IMG/VR virus record: IMGVR_UViG_3300036770_000877
Location: 1 to 64,000 of that record
Strand: one strand, 5' to 3'
Source of the DNA: a virus
DNA length: 64,000 nt
In this document: piece by piece, positions 18,261-27,584 of the stretch
How positions within the stretch are numbered: the first letter of the stretch is position 1
How the letters are laid out: each line of letters begins with the position of its first letter
The notes under the pieces: generated by a model
The model's database searches: none
The model's input: only the letters and a program-made list of their open reading frames with translations
Told to the model about the DNA's origin: nothing
Program-made: the position numbers and the translations under genes

Positions 18261-18860
18261 TCAATATGTTACTTCAACCCGAATTGTTGCGGTGAAGTAT
18301 AGCCTGAAATAAGGAGATGTATTAATTTGCTGAGGAGCATTTACTCCAGCTTTATAATCAGTATCTTTATTTGGAGTATAGGAAATTACTTTTCCAGAAG
18401 CCTTTACACCAGTCATTTTTGCTCCGTTAGCAGAATGTCTTGTAGATGGATCTAGCTTTTTGTGGTGCATCAAACTTCCTATGCTTACAGTTAAAATTGT
18501 AAATCCCTTTACTGGTTTCTTTGTAACAGATTCAACCATAGCCTGAGTAACTTCAAATGATTGAGACTGCCCAGTCTTTCTGAAGTCCGCTGATTTTGTT
18601 ATATCTAATGTTATCTGCTCTGTTGACTTTTGGCTTCCGCTTCCATCTGATCCATCTGGATTGTTTCCAGATACATTTGGTGTGCCAGACGTATTGCCCG
18701 TTGCCCCGCTTACTGTTACTACGGGGGCCTGAACAGCAGGAAGTCTATATATCTGAGCAATCTGTGATGCCAAGAAGTTAACATTTTGAATAAGCTTATT
18801 AAGCGTATTAATGTCGATAGGCTCTCCTGGCTCAAACGGCTTCAGGTAATTAATAGTCAA
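18261..18860 (-). CDS. Hypothetical protein (possibly virion-associated)
   Basis: ORF track; PFEPGEPIDINTLN N-terminus, Gly/Ser/Thr linker. Confidence 0.55.
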   Translation of the reverse strand: MTINYLKPFEPGEPIDINTLNKLIQNVNFLASQIAQIYRLPAVQAPVVTVSGATGNTSGTPNVSGNNPDGSDGSGSQKSTEQITLDITKSADFRKTGQSQSFEVTQAMVESVTKKPVKGFTILTVSIGSLMHHKKLDPSTRHSANGAKMTGVKASGKVISYTPNKDTDYKAGVNAPQQINTSPYFRLYFTATIRVEVTY

Positions 18861-19276
18861 TTTATAGGCTCCCCATTTTTATGTAAATCAGCTTCTTTAG
18901 CACTTACCTCAATAATATATTCAGGATCTACGCCAAACTTGGTAAAGAAATCTGGTGTAGTTATATGCTGTTTCATACCGTTTACCACTAAATATATTTT
19001 ACCATTTGATACGTCCTTGATCACACTGCCGTCCCTAAAGGCTAGAACGCCCCCTAGGACGATCTTTGACAGTGACTCTGGACTTCCATACCAAACTTTA
19101 AATCCCCAGCTCTTTACAGCCCTTTCGGAGATAATCCTATACTTTTTATTATTCTTAATAAAATAAGTATTCGTACCATCAAATACCGCTACGCCGCTTG
19201 GATATACGGTGGGCACTAAGGGTGGGTTTATTAAGTTAGTCTCTGGTCTCTTTTTCTTCCACATTGCTTTTTTCAT
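18857..19276 (-). CDS. Hypothetical protein with two internal beta-repeat units
   Basis: GVAVFDGTNTYFIKNNKKYRI / GSVIKDVSNGKIYLVVNGMKQHI repeats. Confidence 0.65.
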   Translation of the reverse strand: MKKAMWKKKRPETNLINPPLVPTVYPSGVAVFDGTNTYFIKNNKKYRIISERAVKSWGFKVWYGSPESLSKIVLGGVLAFRDGSVIKDVSNGKIYLVVNGMKQHITTPDFFTKFGVDPEYIIEVSAKEADLHKNGEPIN

Positions 19277-19400
19277 TAACTAGTTGAGTAATCTCTGCAC
19301 GATATACAGCAATCTGGGTCTCATAATTTGAGACAATTTCTCCAATTCTCTGTTGGAGGGCTTGTATAACAAGCTCAAGTTTCTTTGGTTGTTCTTCCAT
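19236..19400 (-). CDS. Small coiled-coil protein (54 aa; missing from track)
   Basis: Manual translation MEEQPKKLELVIQALQQRIGEIVSNYETQIAVYRAEITQLVNEKSNVEEKETRD; AGGAG RBS and TGA-TATACT promoter upstream. Confidence 0.75.
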   Translation of the reverse strand: MEEQPKKLELVIQALQQRIGEIVSNYETQIAVYRAEITQLVNEKSNVEEKETRD

Positions 19401-19430
19401 TTATTTCTCCTTTGTTTCAGTATATCATTA

Positions 19431-19631
19431 TTAGGAAGGATTGTCTAGACCATGTATGCGATTATATTCTTCAATGGTCAGCTCTTCGTCCGTAGCGACC
19501 TCTGGCCTGGTCCAGCTTGTCTGAAGCTCTGATCCGCATGTATCACAGTCAGCAATAGCTATATCTTTATCCAATGATTTAGGATGAAGTATTTTATCGT
19601 CTATGCAAATTGCACAAAAGAAATTTATCAT
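19431..19631 (-). CDS. Small zinc-ribbon protein
   Basis: CAIC...CDTCG; TAATG-coupled to the tail spike gene. Confidence 0.6.
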   Translation of the reverse strand: MINFFCAICIDDKILHPKSLDKDIAIADCDTCGSELQTSWTRPEVATDEELTIEEYNRIHGLDNPS

Positions 19632-22438
19632 TATGCGTTCTCCAATGTTTCTATTCTAGTCTTAAGATCTGATATCTCCTGCTTCATATCTCTAACAATA
19701 GGTATGAGAAGGTGAGATAACTCGTGAACATCTAAAAGCTGAGTTGGTCTGCCATACATATCTCTCTGAACAAAATATCCAAGTCCCGCTTCCTCTAGGT
19801 CTTCGGCTATTAGACCCATTCCGTGTGACCCACGGATTTCTTCTAAAACCTCTTCGTCATTTTTATAAACGAAGAATGCTGGTGTTATATCCAATATTCT
19901 TTCATAGTAATGCTTTGGCATGTATGTAATATTGTCCTTAAATCTTCTTGAAGACGTAGGACCAATTAAACTTGTAGTATATTCTAGGTTTACAGCTCTT
20001 ACAGTATTGCTTACCTCAAAAGCTCTGGCCATTCTCGTAGTATCAATAGATGCTCTAAATACGTTATCTTTTGTATTAATAACCATTCTAGCATTTGTTG
20101 TAGTGTATGAGTTACCAATTCTTAGGCCATAGTAATTGTTTGAATAGCTATAATCGTCGTCCCAGCCCAAAGCAATTTTATTTCCAAACATGATTCTTGG
20201 CCTGTTTGCTGTTTTAGCCTCTATATCTGTAACACCAGTAATTGTAAATCCTGCAATTGATCCAGAGTCTGCGGTTATAGATCCAGAGATTGTAGCAGAT
20301 GAAGCAGTTAAAACACCACCAGATGTTACAGAAAATGTTCCGTTACCATTATTAATAGCACGACCAGTAAGTGTTCCAGATGTAATATTATCTGCATTAA
20401 TTGTTCCAGCATAAACATAGGTAGAAACAACGTTATCTGCTAAAACTGTTCCAGTTGTTAATATTCCTCCATCAATTGTAGTTGCATTTGTAGTATTATT
20501 AATCTTTTTAATAATTTCAGATTTACTAAATGTTGATGCTGGTAAGGCGTTGTTGGCTGTATTTAATGCTGTTGTGGCATTTGTGTTAGCAGTATTAGCA
20601 GTGTTTACTGCAGTAGAAGCATTTGATGCAGCGTTATTTGCTGTTGTTTCAACTGCTGATAATGCTGATGTTGTAGCAGCATTTCCGCCTACTACGTTTA
20701 AAGTTCCAGTTATTGTAACAGATCCATTAGCCCCTACGCTAAAGTTTGGACCCATATATAGCTGTCCATTTGAATAAAGACCAATAGTCACACCATTTTG
20801 ATTTTGTGTTGTAATAGATGACGGACCAATTGTCCACCCACCTATTTGACCGCCATCAATTTTTACTTGTCCAGTATTTGAAAATAATGAGAATAAGGCA
20901 GTTCCACCAGTTGTAGAGTTATATCCAAAAATACCGCCGCTAACAATATCTACACGGCCACCAGTACCCGTTGCTCGAACTGTTCCACCATTTAATATAA
21001 GATCTGCACCAGAATTAATATTTATATTTGCAGAAAATGTAGAACCCTGTGTTACATTTAGAGATCCCTTTACCGTAAGAGCATTTCCATCCCAGCTTAA
21101 TTGATCTTTAAGACTAAACTTTCCAAGAGCATCAAAGTAGAAAGGTGTATTAGCATTATTGTACGTTCCAGTTCCATAGTATATTGCTGGTAATGCAGCA
21201 GTACCATCTATAGTAATTTTATTTACACCAGAATCATCTCCTACAAAAAGCTTTCCTACGATACCTGTATTTGTTTTTAATCTATCTGCATCAATTGTAT
21301 TAGCCATTAGCTTATCTCCAACTATTGTAGTTGCAGCAATTAGGTCTCCAACAATTGTTCCGTTTTCAATTGATGCTTGGCCAGATATTTTTCCTGGAGT
21401 TGCAGATCCTGGAGTACTCCAAGTACCTGCGTTACCGCTAGCATCTATAGCCCTTACACGAACATAGTAAGTAGTTCCAGTTGTAAGACCAGTAAATGAT
21501 GCTACTGTTCCAGTTATAGTTCTGTCTTGTAATACTGAAGTAAATGCACTAGATGTGGCGAGCTGGAATTGATATGCTCCTCTTCCAAGGTCAACGTCGT
21601 TTTCGCTATTTCTATTCCAATAAGCAATAATATTATTAAATCCTGGAACTACTGATAGTCCCGTTGGTGCAGCAGGAACTGTTGTATCTCCAGGTATTGT
21701 TACTGAAACTGGTGGCGTAGGAACATATGCACTAGGATTACTTCCATCTGTAGCATTAATTTGAAAATAATATGTTTGCCCAGATCTTAAATTAGATATT
21801 CTTTTTGTTGTTTGTCCTTTTTCAAGGAAGTCGTACCCATCCCATACCGTTGCGCTTGTGCCATATCGTATATAGTATCCTAGTAGATCTGTTGATGATG
21901 ATCCCGTCCAGGACAACATTACGTACCCTGTAGATCCGCTTGAATCTGTAGTATCAGAAAAACCTTGTACGGTTAATCCAGATGGTGTTGCAGGAGGTGT
22001 TGTATCAACATCAATTACTCCAGCAGAAACTGAGTCTGATGCTTCTGAAAATGCCGAAACGTTTCCGCTTCTATCGACTCCAGTAAACTTAAATGTAAAT
22101 GGACCAGTAACTCCTTCTGGAGCTGAATATGTTATTCCTGTGTTTAAGGCTGCAATAGATCCAAATTTTGTGTATGCTCCACCTGTGGAAACATAAACAT
22201 CAACTCTGTTAAAGTCAATCGGTGTTGAGTATAATGATTCTACCCACTTTACAAATACCCCGCCAATAACAGATGTGACGGTAGGCTTAGATGGAACTGG
22301 CGGTGGAGTTTGATCTCCAGTTACTGTGTAATTAAATGCTGCAGACCATTCACCAACTCTGCCATCATTAGCCTTTGCCCTAAACCTAAAACGCCATGTT
22401 CCTGGTGTTAAAGCAGATATTTTTTTCTTATACGCCAT
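19631..22438 (-). CDS. Tail spike/central fibre: FN3 repeats, beta-rich shaft, C-terminal S74-type intramolecular chaperone
   Basis: FN3 motifs (LRSGQTYYFQINA, LTTGTTYYVRVRA); SSRRFKDNI...GLIAEDL...coiled-coil end. Confidence 0.85.
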   Translation of the reverse strand: MAYKKKISALTPGTWRFRFRAKANDGRVGEWSAAFNYTVTGDQTPPPVPSKPTVTSVIGGVFVKWVESLYSTPIDFNRVDVYVSTGGAYTKFGSIAALNTGITYSAPEGVTGPFTFKFTGVDRSGNVSAFSEASDSVSAGVIDVDTTPPATPSGLTVQGFSDTTDSSGSTGYVMLSWTGSSSTDLLGYYIRYGTSATVWDGYDFLEKGQTTKRISNLRSGQTYYFQINATDGSNPSAYVPTPPVSVTIPGDTTVPAAPTGLSVVPGFNNIIAYWNRNSENDVDLGRGAYQFQLATSSAFTSVLQDRTITGTVASFTGLTTGTTYYVRVRAIDASGNAGTWSTPGSATPGKISGQASIENGTIVGDLIAATTIVGDKLMANTIDADRLKTNTGIVGKLFVGDDSGVNKITIDGTAALPAIYYGTGTYNNANTPFYFDALGKFSLKDQLSWDGNALTVKGSLNVTQGSTFSANININSGADLILNGGTVRATGTGGRVDIVSGGIFGYNSTTGGTALFSLFSNTGQVKIDGGQIGGWTIGPSSITTQNQNGVTIGLYSNGQLYMGPNFSVGANGSVTITGTLNVVGGNAATTSALSAVETTANNAASNASTAVNTANTANTNATTALNTANNALPASTFSKSEIIKKINNTTNATTIDGGILTTGTVLADNVVSTYVYAGTINADNITSGTLTGRAINNGNGTFSVTSGGVLTASSATISGSITADSGSIAGFTITGVTDIEAKTANRPRIMFGNKIALGWDDDYSYSNNYYGLRIGNSYTTTNARMVINTKDNVFRASIDTTRMARAFEVSNTVRAVNLEYTTSLIGPTSSRRFKDNITYMPKHYYERILDITPAFFVYKNDEEVLEEIRGSHGMGLIAEDLEEAGLGYFVQRDMYGRPTQLLDVHELSHLLIPIVRDMKQEISDLKTRIETLENA

Positions 22439-23394
22439 TAAATATTAAACCCCAGTCTATACTCAACATCAAATGGGACACCGCCTTCAACTACTAGCGG
22501 TGTTGTTAATAATGATCTGCTAACTAAAACTGGCTTGTCAACATTTGAGTACTGATCAAATCTCATTGCATCCATGGTAACCGTTGTTTCCGATGCGCCA
22601 GAAGAAACTACTACTGATAACTCTTGTGTGTTTTCAATATTAGGATCTCCTACACGAGATAACTGTGCAAAATTTATTGTTACTATATTGTATCCAAGGG
22701 AAATGCTTGCTGATGGTATTGAATACTGGAAATAGTTTAAACTGTCTACTGCTAACTTAATTACTATTGAGTTTGGTACTGATCCAGACACATGAAATGC
22801 AACCTTAATTTTATCAGAAGATATTAAGTAGTCTAGCGGAGTAGCTCCATACCAAGTAGATTGTTTTACGGAAGAAGATGGAACTACAAACTCTAGCCCA
22901 GAATCTCCTACACGAAGCCTTGGAGTTCCCTCTAAATCATTTGAATGAAATGTTACTCCTGCAGAAGTTTCCCAAGATTCGTAGTCTGAATCGAAAGTAG
23001 CAAAAATTTCTTGATTGTCATTAATGTCATTTAGGTCAGACAGATTTACGCCACCAGTAGTTGATAAACCTGCTTCATATACTACACCTTTAAATGTAGA
23101 AGGAAGAGTAGTTCTAAATACTATCTGTGTGGGTGTCTGTGTATAGTCAACTGTTTTAAATTGAACTGGTGTTGGAAACATCTCAAATCCCACAAACTCA
23201 TCTGTTGCTAGTGGAGTAGAGTCTCCACAACCAAGCACTATTCTTGATCCGTACTCTGAGCTCTGCCTAGACAAATAATTGATGACCTGCTCTTTGCCAT
23301 TGTTAGTTACAATGTTTTTTGATCTGGCAACCTCAATCCCATTTTTGTAAAAAATGTATTCACCCTTAAGAGATTTTGATAAATTCAACGTCAT
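22438..23394 (-). CDS. Minor tail protein
   Basis: SKNIVTNNGK...VYEAGL baseplate/tail-type N-terminus; position in tail module. Confidence 0.6.
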   Translation of the reverse strand: MTLNLSKSLKGEYIFYKNGIEVARSKNIVTNNGKEQVINYLSRQSSEYGSRIVLGCGDSTPLATDEFVGFEMFPTPVQFKTVDYTQTPTQIVFRTTLPSTFKGVVYEAGLSTTGGVNLSDLNDINDNQEIFATFDSDYESWETSAGVTFHSNDLEGTPRLRVGDSGLEFVVPSSSVKQSTWYGATPLDYLISSDKIKVAFHVSGSVPNSIVIKLAVDSLNYFQYSIPSASISLGYNIVTINFAQLSRVGDPNIENTQELSVVVSSGASETTVTMDAMRFDQYSNVDKPVLVSRSLLTTPLVVEGGVPFDVEYRLGFNI

Positions 23395-23755
23395 AGTCGT
23401 CAGCTCCTTTTACATCAGATATAATTGCAGTAACATTTGCAAGATACGTTCCGTCCCCAGTAAATGCTCCTTCTTGTTCAAAGAGTACGGAAGTTACGGC
23501 ACCTAGCTTTTCTTCTGCCTCTTCTCCATCATCTTCCTCTTCTTCAAACTCTCCAAACTTACCGTTCTTCTCGTAATCTTCTTTAGATACGGCTAATACG
23601 TTACCCTCTACGCCCTCAAACTCTATGGACAAATACCCAAATGGGTCTGTCTGCGATTTGCCGCCAACGATTTCTACGTCTAGGTCGTCTGGGGCAAATA
23701 GCTCCTCGTCGCTCTTTACGGTTCTATTGCCGTAGCTTATTTTTTTATTTGTCAT
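23366..23755 (-). CDS. Acidic hypothetical protein in tail module
   Basis: ORF track; overlapping neighbours. Confidence 0.55.
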   Translation of the reverse strand: MTNKKISYGNRTVKSDEELFAPDDLDVEIVGGKSQTDPFGYLSIEFEGVEGNVLAVSKEDYEKNGKFGEFEEEEDDGEEAEEKLGAVTSVLFEQEGAFTGDGTYLANVTAIISDVKGADDYDVEFIKIS

Positions 23756-26700
23756 ATCACTTCCTGAAGTCTAATATTAGTAGATATTCCATCACTAAAA
23801 GATTGACTTATACTAGTAATTATAAAGGAATGTGAAGAATAAGACAAGCCTAAATCTGGATAAGATACATCTACGGTATCCCCTAGTTGAAGTAGGGGGT
23901 TAGTAAATATATCTACATCAAGAATAATAGGATCATTAGTCTTTCCTGATTTTACTATGGCTGAATTAGCCTTAATAAATTCTGCTATATCCTTAGCCTG
24001 TGATTCTGCCTGTATCCATTCGCTATCTATTTCAAACTTCGAGTCGTCCCCGCTTGATTTAGATACTGTAGTCTTATATTCTTTAGGCTCAAACTTTTTA
24101 AGTGTATATCCTAGTAGTTTAGGGTACCCTGCGGCGGCAGTTCCTGGGAATGAGCTAGATATATCTAGAGGCTCATTTGTTTCATTTACTGCAGCAATTT
24201 TTGCCCTAAATGAATTAGACTCTAGTATTGTAGCCCCATATTGAGATACAGATGCACCAGCAGCAATCTTAATTGGAGATCCTGGTGGTTGAGTATAATC
24301 AAATTCTGCAATTCTAATTTCTCTAATATGTGGGTAGAACTCATAGTAGTCATAGTCATTTTCAAGACTGTTCTTACTTGGAACCCCCATGCTGCCAGCT
24401 GCAATTACTTCAGTCATAAATCCACGTATGGAATCTGCAAAGAAGGATCCGTCCTGCAATGTTGATTCATCATTTGCTCCCCACGCTGCAAACTTTGAGA
24501 AGAAAGCTGTACTGTCTCCTCTAACAAAGCAACCAGCCATGGTAGTAGGAGCCAGTGGAGTCTTGTCCTCTACCTGCAACACTAATTGCCCCATTATGTA
24601 AAGATCAATCCAGTTAGTTCCACCATTCTTTATTCTTACAACTTGCATATCATAATTTTGTTTTTCTACAAATGACACACTGTCTTTGTAAATTGTCTCG
24701 GCGCCATCTCTTTTAGCTCGTCCAGCTGGTGCGTCAGTAGATCCTAATATCTGCATTGTTCCATCAGACTTAATCTTATAAATCATTATGCTTTTATTCT
24801 TATCAGCCTTTTTATAAGATAGGGTTGTATCCTCTAGACCCAATTCAATAAAGTATCCAGTTTTATTAGACTCATTAAAGTCAAAGAATATGCCGCCTAT
24901 GCTATCAACATCTCCAACTTTTTCTGTTGGCTGCTGCTTGATAAACATCATGTTTGCTTCAAATCTCTTGTAGTTGTTCTTTTTAAGATTTACTGATCCT
25001 AGTTGTATATAGCTTCTTCTTTCGTCCTGCTTTAATTTATCCAGGGAGCTTGCTCCTGAATCATTATCTGTACTTAGCTTTAAGGCTCTATTTCCAAGAT
25101 CAAACTTAGGTGATGCTAGATTTTTTACAGCTGCAGATCCACCAATTTTAAACTGCTTTAATGACCAATCTCCATTATCTACAGAAACTGGATTATGAGC
25201 TTTAGCAGTAGTCATAAACTGACCACGCTTGACATTTGTTAATTTGCCATTATGAATGATTAGATTAATTCCTGGATCTGAATTAATTAATGATTGATAC
25301 TCTTCCATAGTTGCAATATTTTTTAATTCTTCCCCACGTCCGTCGTTATATGTAATCTTAAATTGAGTAGCACCATAATAAATAATTTCTCCATTTAGAT
25401 AAAAATACCCAGATAGCATTGGTAGGCCAAACAGCATTTTATAGACAGGCTCGTTATTTTTTTCTAGTATCTGATACAACTCTGGCTTTTGAATGTCGAT
25501 CTCTGTTGCTGTAGCAGATATTGGGTATGCCAATGGTACTGCTCCCAAAACCCACGATTGGTCTGGAGCCCACAAAACAGTAGCATATGTAGAACCTCTA
25601 AACATAACAGATTCTTTAGACTTGCCAGAACTTGCAAGGTTGTAGGATGTTATAAGATCGTTTTGTGTCTCAAATGATCTTCTGGAATACTTTATAGTAA
25701 GTGACCCCACTCTTGGCTTTGCAGATTGATTTACGCTAATTATATTTGGAATCAATGTCCCGTCTTGGGCATACGTTAACTTTTGTTCAACAGTTGCTGA
25801 ATCTAGTACTGATTTTCTAGATTTAAATACTGGTCTACCGTATTCGTCAAAATATAGAACGCATTGGTGTGATATACATAGTTGCTGTAATGCTTCCCAG
25901 AATGTTTGTTCCTTATTCATCCAAAATACAGGTACGCTATCTTTATCATCAGCATTTGCATCCAATATTAATTCATTTAATCCCACCCCGTCAAATGCTA
26001 CACGCATAAGCTTATTTAGAGAATAGTTAAATCCAATAACCATGTCTGGGGCTTGAGTTTGTTGAAGAACTTTAGCCATATCATAACAATCTGCTGTAGC
26101 ACTATCGTTTGCTGATATTGACCATGAGTCAACAAATCCAGTAAATTGTGGTATATCTGTATTGTCTATAACTGAATATATCTTTACACCTACACGCTTA
26201 TCCATCATTCCATAGTATTTAGCATCCGTCTTTTCATAGCTGAAATTATTAAATGTATTATCAAATACAATTTCTGCTGAATTAGCACTTATTGTGCCAA
26301 CTGGCAATACTTCGTGATCTTCATATAAAGTTTTATTTATAGACCACGAAACAACATCTTCGCTAATATCTATCTCAAGTCTAGGAGAGATTTCTATAAT
26401 CTCAAGTGGTACATATCCAACATTTACTGATTCAACAAGAACTTTTATACCAGTAATAGTTTGTGTATTAGAGGAAATGCTTGGAGCAGTATGTCTTGTT
26501 GTGCTCCAGGATGTAGCACCACGATATAAAATTAATCCACCATTTGTAAGTGGGGTTGTAGATGAGAATGATTCTACCCATGCATTATTTATTCTTAAAT
26601 AAACCTTGTATGATTGTGGTGTAGAATGAAATGTCTCAAACTTTAATACTATCTTATTTATCTTTATATCTCTATCATAAATAGCATAGATAGATTTATT

Positions 26701-27129
26701 TACTGCTGTTGAAGACTGTCCCTTACGTATATGAGCCCAATATTTATATCCGTCATCTTTAGATACAAAGTAGTTTCTTGCTGCTCCATTTTGATTATAT
26801 GTAGTATTACCAGAAGTAGATCCAGCAATTGCCTTTACAATTCCGCCAACCTTCTGACCATTATGAACAGCATACTCGCTAGGTCTAACTAGGCTTACTA
26901 CTGATGTTAGTGGATACAAAGACTCATAGTACTTGTTATAGACCGAAGAAGTCTCTATAACCTTTAGGTCAGAAGTGTCATTGTCCCACTCATAAAGCTT
27001 GACATCATCTATACCCATCTCATTAATTCCTGCTGAAACATTGTAATTCCACTCAAGCCATACCTTCTGTGATGGCTCTAGGTTATGAGACGTATCTATC
27101 TTAGTTTTGATTGCTGGGAAGTTTAACAT
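23752..27129 (-). CDS. Large minor tail protein (hub/Tal-like)
   Basis: Second gene after tape measure; LYFDEYG and NPLLQLGDTVDV...IITSI tail-tip motifs. Confidence 0.72.
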   Translation of the reverse strand: MLNFPAIKTKIDTSHNLEPSQKVWLEWNYNVSAGINEMGIDDVKLYEWDNDTSDLKVIETSSVYNKYYESLYPLTSVVSLVRPSEYAVHNGQKVGGIVKAIAGSTSGNTTYNQNGAARNYFVSKDDGYKYWAHIRKGQSSTAVNKSIYAIYDRDIKINKIVLKFETFHSTPQSYKVYLRINNAWVESFSSTTPLTNGGLILYRGATSWSTTRHTAPSISSNTQTITGIKVLVESVNVGYVPLEIIEISPRLEIDISEDVVSWSINKTLYEDHEVLPVGTISANSAEIVFDNTFNNFSYEKTDAKYYGMMDKRVGVKIYSVIDNTDIPQFTGFVDSWSISANDSATADCYDMAKVLQQTQAPDMVIGFNYSLNKLMRVAFDGVGLNELILDANADDKDSVPVFWMNKEQTFWEALQQLCISHQCVLYFDEYGRPVFKSRKSVLDSATVEQKLTYAQDGTLIPNIISVNQSAKPRVGSLTIKYSRRSFETQNDLITSYNLASSGKSKESVMFRGSTYATVLWAPDQSWVLGAVPLAYPISATATEIDIQKPELYQILEKNNEPVYKMLFGLPMLSGYFYLNGEIIYYGATQFKITYNDGRGEELKNIATMEEYQSLINSDPGINLIIHNGKLTNVKRGQFMTTAKAHNPVSVDNGDWSLKQFKIGGSAAVKNLASPKFDLGNRALKLSTDNDSGASSLDKLKQDERRSYIQLGSVNLKKNNYKRFEANMMFIKQQPTEKVGDVDSIGGIFFDFNESNKTGYFIELGLEDTTLSYKKADKNKSIMIYKIKSDGTMQILGSTDAPAGRAKRDGAETIYKDSVSFVEKQNYDMQVVRIKNGGTNWIDLYIMGQLVLQVEDKTPLAPTTMAGCFVRGDSTAFFSKFAAWGANDESTLQDGSFFADSIRGFMTEVIAAGSMGVPSKNSLENDYDYYEFYPHIREIRIAEFDYTQPPGSPIKIAAGASVSQYGATILESNSFRAKIAAVNETNEPLDISSSFPGTAAAGYPKLLGYTLKKFEPKEYKTTVSKSSGDDSKFEIDSEWIQAESQAKDIAEFIKANSAIVKSGKTNDPIILDVDIFTNPLLQLGDTVDVSYPDLGLSYSSHSFIITSISQSFSDGISTNIRLQEVI

Positions 27130-27584
27130 TAAACCTCCTCTAATGATATGTTCATATTCATCCGTATGTATGGTGTAGTCGCACTTGGATTACGCTTGAC
27201 TATATCAAACGAGCATGATGAGAAATTAACTAAAAACTCCTGAAACGCATCAGTACCAGTTGTACTGAATTTTTGTACTATCTTAATGTAGAAAGGTTGC
27301 TTATTGTTCTTATAGAACTCATATATCTGACTTGCACCCCAACCACCGTCAACAGTATATGTTGATGTGTTTGGCACATCTTCCCAAGAAATATTAAACG
27401 TGTGCTTTTGCGCTATTACATTTTTACGCATTGTTCCATTTGCAGTTCTTTGTGATGTAGATATTTCATCAATTCCTACGCCCAAAGGTCTACGGTTATG
27501 ATCGGTTATCTTTGTGTATGAAGTAGCCCCAACTCCCTTTACATAAATAAGGGAATCTTTAAGTCCATTTACTACCCAACTCAT
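27129..27584 (-). CDS. Minor tail protein (distal-tail-like)
   Basis: Immediately after tape measure; RTANGTMRKNVIA motif. Confidence 0.65.
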   Translation of the reverse strand: MSWVVNGLKDSLIYVKGVGATSYTKITDHNRRPLGVGIDEISTSQRTANGTMRKNVIAQKHTFNISWEDVPNTSTYTVDGGWGASQIYEFYKNNKQPFYIKIVQKFSTTGTDAFQEFLVNFSSCSFDIVKRNPSATTPYIRMNMNISLEEV

